Positions 59,803 to 64,000 of a DNA stretch of 64,000 nucleotides are shown here, in pieces. The stretch's first letter is position 1. The number at the start of each line of letters is the position of its first letter. This DNA is from Isoptericola halotolerans. Its GTDB lineage: Bacteria > Actinomycetota > Actinomycetes > Actinomycetales > Cellulomonadaceae. A program made the translations under genes and the position numbers. The notes beneath the pieces are model-generated. The model was not told the DNA's origin and made no database searches. It was given only the letters and a program-made list of their open reading frames with translations. The DNA lies in contig NZ_JABEZU010000002.1 of the NCBI RefSeq assembly GCF_013149785.1, positions 682,001 to 746,000 of the forward strand. The letters are read 5' to 3'.

Positions 59803-60303
59803 ATGCGCCTCTACGTCCCCGCGACCTTCGACGACCTCGATGCTCTGTCCGTGACGTCCAGGGGTGCCCGGTGGGACGTCCCGGCCCGTGGGGCGCACGC
59901 CGTCACCACCGCCCTCGTGGAGACCCTGCCCGAGGAGGACGTGGAGACGCACGAGTACGCGGCCTTCCTCGCTGCGGCGGACGCCTCCCTGGTGCTCGTG
60001 GTGGGCCGCGGCGACGCCGTCCCGCTGCGGGTCGTGATCACCGTCGACGTCCCCGACGACGCCGTCACCGCGACCGGGAGCAGGACGGTCCCGTCGGGCG
60101 TCGACGTGGTGGCCGTCCCGGGCACGACGGTCGAGGCGATCCACGTCGACGAGCCCGCTGCGGCGAGCGACGTCCGGGCGGCGCTGGCGGCGGTGGACTC
60201 GGCCGACGACGCCGCGCTGGAGGTCCTCACCGAACGCGTCGGTGAGCGGGACCTGCTCTGGTACGACGCCACCGAGGTCCACGAGATCCCGCGCTCCGCC
60301 TGA
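59803..60303 (+). CDS. Conserved hypothetical protein (DUF6912-like)
   Basis: MRLYVPATFDDL, AHAVT, AIHVD and LLWYDATE. Confidence 0.8.
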   Translation: MRLYVPATFDDLDALSVTSRGARWDVPARGAHAVTTALVETLPEEDVETHEYAAFLAAADASLVLVVGRGDAVPLRVVITVDVPDDAVTATGSRTVPSGVDVVAVPGTTVEAIHVDEPAAASDVRAALAAVDSADDAALEVLTERVGERDLLWYDATEVHEIPRSA

Positions 60304-60322
60304 TCTCTGCCGCCGGGGGGCC

Positions 60323-61141
60323 TCAGCCGAGGTAGACGAGGGCCTTGTCGTGCAGCAGCCCGTTGGTCGCCAGCGCGTTGCCGCCCCACGGGCCGCTCGC
60401 GCCGTCGAGCGACGTGAAACGCCCTCCGGCCTCGACCACGATGGGGACGAGCGCGGCCATGTCGTAGAGCTCGAGCTCCGGCTCGGCGGCGATGTCCGCC
60501 GCTCCCTCCGCCACGAGCATGTACGACCAGAAGTCGCCGTAGCCGCGCGTGCGCCAGCACTCCCTGGTCAGGTCCAGGAACCCGTTGAGCTTGTCACGCT
60601 CCTCCCACCCGTCCAGGGAGGAGTAGGCGAAGGACGCGTCGCCCAGCGAGGAGACACCGGAGACGTGCATCCGCGTCGCCGCCGCGATGGACTTGCCCGT
60701 CCAGGCGCCCGAGCCCTTGGCCGCCCACCAGCGCCGCCCCAGGGCGGGGGCGGAGACGAGCCCCACGACCACCTCGTCGCCGTCGGCGAGAGCGATGAGC
60801 GTCGCCCACACCGGGACGCCGCGCACGAAGTTCTTGGTCCCGTCGATCGGGTCGATGATCCAGCGGCGTGCACCGCTGCCCGACTCGCCGAGCTCCTCGC
60901 CGACGATCGCGTCCCGCGTCCGGGCGCGGGCGAGCTGGGCGCGGATGAAGTCCTCGGCCCCGCGGTCGGCGTCCGACACGGGGGTCTGGTCGGGCTTGGT
61001 CTCCACGTGCAGGTCCACCGCCCGGAACCGGGCCATCGTCATCGAGTCCACCTGGTCGGCGATGACGTGGGCGAGGCGCAGGTCGTCCTCGTACGTGCGT
61101 CCGTGCCCGTGCTGGCTGGTGGTTCGCTGGAAGGTGGCCAC
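60323..61141 (-). CDS. hisN: Histidinol-phosphatase (inositol monophosphatase family)
   Basis: KPDQTPVSDAD, GEE, WIIDPIDGTKNFVRG and GDFWSYMLVAEG. Confidence 0.93.
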   Translation of the reverse strand: MATFQRTTSQHGHGRTYEDDLRLAHVIADQVDSMTMARFRAVDLHVETKPDQTPVSDADRGAEDFIRAQLARARTRDAIVGEELGESGSGARRWIIDPIDGTKNFVRGVPVWATLIALADGDEVVVGLVSAPALGRRWWAAKGSGAWTGKSIAAATRMHVSGVSSLGDASFAYSSLDGWEERDKLNGFLDLTRECWRTRGYGDFWSYMLVAEGAADIAAEPELELYDMAALVPIVVEAGGRFTSLDGASGPWGGNALATNGLLHDKALVYLG

Positions 61142-61144
61142 GAG

Positions 61145-62191
61145 TCACACGGTAGCGGTCCGTGAGCCCAGCAGGCGGCGGAACGACGACAGGCGAGACT
61201 CGCGTGTCGTCCGGACCTGTCCTTCGGGCGCCTGCGCGACCCATTCGTCGAGGGCACAGTCGGGGGCGTCGGCCAGGTGGGTGCAGCCCCGTGGGCACCG
61301 GGCGGCGACCTCGTCGAGGTCGTCGAACGCTGCCAGGAGGTGGCCCACCTCGACGTGCGCCAGGCCGAAGGAGCGCACCCCCGGGGTGTCGATGACCCAG
61401 CCGTCGTGCGCACCGGGTGGCCCGCCGGGGTCCGGCAGCCGGAGCGCCACGGCGGAGGTGGACGTGTGGCGACCCCGCCCGGTCACGTCGTTGACCACGC
61501 CGGTGGCGCGGGCGGCGTCGGGGACGAGGGCGTTGATGAGGGTCGACTTCCCGACGCCGGAGTGTCCCACGAGCACGGAGGTGCGACCGAGCAGGTGCTC
61601 GCGCACCGCCTCGACGGTGTCGGTGGAGTCCTGGCGTGCCACCACCACCTCGACCCCGAGCGGGGTGTACAGGTCGCGCAGCTCGTCCGGGGAGGCGAGG
61701 TCCGCCTTCGTCAGGCAGAGCAGGACGTCCATCCGGGCGTCGTAGGCCGCCACCACGCAGCGGTCGATCATCCCCGTGCGGGGCTCCGGCTGGGCGAGCG
61801 CCGTGACCACGACGAGCTGGTCGGCGTTGGCCACGACGATGCGTTCGTACGGGTCGGTGTCGTCGGCGGTGCGACGCAGCACCGAGGTGCGCTCGGTGAT
61901 CCGGACGATCCGGGCCAGCGTGCCCTCGGAGCCGGTCGTGTCCCCGACGACGTCCACCCGGTCCCCGATGACGGCGCGGGTGCGGCTCAGCTCGCGGGCC
62001 TTCATGGCCGAGATCTCCCGCTCGTCCGGGCCGCCGTCGTCGATCACCAGGGTGTAGCGGCCCCGGTCGACGCCGACGACGAGGCCCGTCACGGCGTCGG
62101 CGTGCTCGGGCCGCTGCTTGGTGCGGGGGCGTGACCCGTGCTTCGAGGGGCGTGCGAACCGTGCGTGCTCGTCACGGACCCGGCGCGCCAT
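61145..62191 (-). CDS. rsgA: Ribosome small subunit-dependent GTPase
   Basis: TKAD, GHSGVGKS, GRHTS, DTPG and CPRGCTH...C zinc site. Confidence 0.96.
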   Translation of the reverse strand: MARRVRDEHARFARPSKHGSRPRTKQRPEHADAVTGLVVGVDRGRYTLVIDDGGPDEREISAMKARELSRTRAVIGDRVDVVGDTTGSEGTLARIVRITERTSVLRRTADDTDPYERIVVANADQLVVVTALAQPEPRTGMIDRCVVAAYDARMDVLLCLTKADLASPDELRDLYTPLGVEVVVARQDSTDTVEAVREHLLGRTSVLVGHSGVGKSTLINALVPDAARATGVVNDVTGRGRHTSTSAVALRLPDPGGPPGAHDGWVIDTPGVRSFGLAHVEVGHLLAAFDDLDEVAARCPRGCTHLADAPDCALDEWVAQAPEGQVRTTRESRLSSFRRLLGSRTATV

Positions 62192-63513
62192 CAGGCCTCC
62201 TGTGCCGTCCGGCCCAGCATGCGCAGCCACATCGCGTCGAACCCGGGAAGGGTCTTGGCGGTGGTGGCGACGTCCTCGACCTGCAGGCCGGGCACGCGCA
62301 GCCCGAGCAGCGCTGCGGACGTCGCCATCCGGTGGTCGGCATAGGTGCGGAACACCTCGCCGTGCAGCGGGCGGGGAGTGATCACCAGGCCGTCGCGGGT
62401 CTCCTCGCAGCGCCCGCCGAGGCGGGTGATCTCCGTGGCGAGCGCGGCCAGGCGGTCGGTCTCGTGCCCCCGCAGGTGGGCGATGCCGCGCAGTCGGCTG
62501 GGGGAGTCGGCGAGTGCCGCCAGGGCGGCGAAGGTCGGGGCGAGCTCCCCGCCGGCGCGCAGGTCGAGGTCGACCCCGTGGATCTCGCCGGTTCCCGTCA
62601 CGGTGAGGACGCCGTCGGTCACGGAGGCGCTGCCGCCCATCTGCTCGAGCAGGCCGGGCACCATCGCGCCGGGCTGCGTGGTGCTGGACGGCCACCCGGG
62701 CACGCGCACGGTCCCGCCGGCGACCAGGGCCGCGGCCAGGAACGGCGCGGCGTTCGACAGGTCGGGCTCGACGCGCACGTCGCGCGCGGCGACGGGGCCC
62801 GGGGTGACCTGCCAGATGCCGTCGCGGGAGTCGTCGACGTGCACGCCGACCTCGCGCAGCGTGGCGACGGTCATCTCGATGTGCGGCAGGCTCGGCAGGG
62901 TGGTGCCGATGTGCCGCAGCGTCAGCGGCCGCTCGAAGCGAGGCGCGGCGAGCAGCAGCGCCGAGACGAACTGTGACGACCCGGAGGCGTCCAGGTCGAC
63001 GGCGCCGCCGGCGACCCGCCCGCGCCCGTGCACCGTGAACGGCAGGTGCGTCGGCAGGTCCGGCCCGTCGCCGGAGACCTGCACCCCGAGGGCGTGCAGG
63101 CCGGCGAGCACCGGGAGCATCGGGCGGACACGGGCCTCGGGATCGCCGTCGAACCGGACCTCGCCGTCGGCCAGCGCGGCCACGGGGGGCAGGAACCGCA
63201 TGACCGTCCCGGCCAGGCCGCAGTCGACGTCGGTGTCGCCGGTGAGCCGACCCGGCGTGACGTGCAGCGTGCTGGGTGCTTCGCCCTCCGTGACGGTCGT
63301 GCCCAGGGCGCGCAGGGCGCCGATCATGAGATCGGCGTCGCGTGAGCGCAGCGCGCCCCTCAGGGTGCCCGGGCCCCCGGCGAGCGCGGCGAGGACGAGC
63401 AGCCGGTTGGTGAGCGACTTGCTGCCCGGGACCTCGACCGTCGCGTCCAGGAGGCCGTCGGCCACGGGGGCGTCCCAGAGCGGCGCGGTGGTCTGGTCGG
63501 GCGTTGTCGTCAT
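62191..63513 (-). CDS. aroA: 3-phosphoshikimate 1-carboxyvinyltransferase (EPSP synthase)
   Basis: [26 protein letters not shown] and DHRMA. Confidence 0.97.
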   Translation of the reverse strand: MTTTPDQTTAPLWDAPVADGLLDATVEVPGSKSLTNRLLVLAALAGGPGTLRGALRSRDADLMIGALRALGTTVTEGEAPSTLHVTPGRLTGDTDVDCGLAGTVMRFLPPVAALADGEVRFDGDPEARVRPMLPVLAGLHALGVQVSGDGPDLPTHLPFTVHGRGRVAGGAVDLDASGSSQFVSALLLAAPRFERPLTLRHIGTTLPSLPHIEMTVATLREVGVHVDDSRDGIWQVTPGPVAARDVRVEPDLSNAAPFLAAALVAGGTVRVPGWPSSTTQPGAMVPGLLEQMGGSASVTDGVLTVTGTGEIHGVDLDLRAGGELAPTFAALAALADSPSRLRGIAHLRGHETDRLAALATEITRLGGRCEETRDGLVITPRPLHGEVFRTYADHRMATSAALLGLRVPGLQVEDVATTAKTLPGFDAMWLRMLGRTAQEA

Positions 63514-63563
63514 GGGTCCGAGCCTAGTTGACGTCGGTCGCACGCCCTGGCCCGGTCCGGCGG

Positions 63564-64000
63564 TCAGGACAGCTTGGCCTTCACCTTGGCAGTGGTCACC
63601 TTGGCGTCCTTGGCCGCGGACTCCACGGCGTGCTGGGCCGACCTCGACGCCGACGCGCGGCGCTGCCCGATCCGGTAGCCCACGCCGGGCCTGCCCTCCA
63701 GGTCGATGCCGGCGATCACGGCCGCGCCGACGGCGCCGAGGTTGCGGACGAACCGGCCGGTCTTCTCGCGGCGCTCGTCCCCGCGGGACGAGAACGGCTG
63801 GTTGACCACGGCCAACGGCGCGCTGAGCGCTGCGAGCGTCAGCGCCGCGGTCCGGGGGGCGCGGCCGACGGCGAGCAGGACGGCCGCGCCGACGGTGGCG
63901 GCACCGTGGGCTCGCACCAGGAGCGAGACCTGCGTGTCGTCGAGCGGGTCGACCCCGAGTGCCTGCGTGACGCGGTCGGCACCCTCCCGGGCGGCGTCGG
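63564..64000 (-). CDS. DoxX family membrane protein (5' end outside window)
   Basis: TM segments, FVRNL, D.EGRPG..YR; usual neighbour of aroA in actinobacteria. Confidence 0.7.
   Translation of the reverse strand, partial: DAAREGADRVTQALGVDPLDDTQVSLLVRAHGAATVGAAVLLAVGRAPRTAALTLAALSAPLAVVNQPFSSRGDERREKTGRFVRNLGAVGAAVIAGIDLEGRPGVGYRIGQRRASASRSAQHAVESAAKDAKVTTAKVKAKLS

Overview
High-GC actinobacterial chromosomal window, judged from gene content and order to be Micrococcales (Cellulomonas/Isoptericola-like; inference). The right half (about 28-64 kb) is the conserved ahcY - RDD/SpoIIM/DUF58/MoxR - mtrA-mtrB-lpqB - comF - hpf - secA - Rv3235-like - LysM - HTH/SAF/CpaE-like - hisN - rsgA - aroA region. 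The left half (1-28 kb) looks accessory. It holds the end of a cell-wall glycopolymer locus (two sulfotransferases, a pyruvyltransferase, two TagB/TagF-family enzymes), a five-gene metal-chelate uptake operon with a Zur-like box in its promoter, two convergent toxin-antitoxin modules, ggt/yoaK, a glycine-betaine ABC system and a cluster of secreted Ig-like/basic proteins. I found no CRISPR array, transposase, integrase, rRNA or tRNA. The best candidates for something undescribed are: (i) glycan-modifying enzymes with WbdD-like coiled-coil/amphipathic tails, (ii) the uncharacterised 7-gene MoxR/DUF58/SpoIIM/RDD envelope system, (iii) a BldC/Xis-like HTH with helically phased repeats beside LysM/SAF/CpaE-like genes, (iv) candidate MtrA boxes, and (v) several REP/MITE-like intergenic elements. 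All family calls come from motif recognition by eye; no database search was run.
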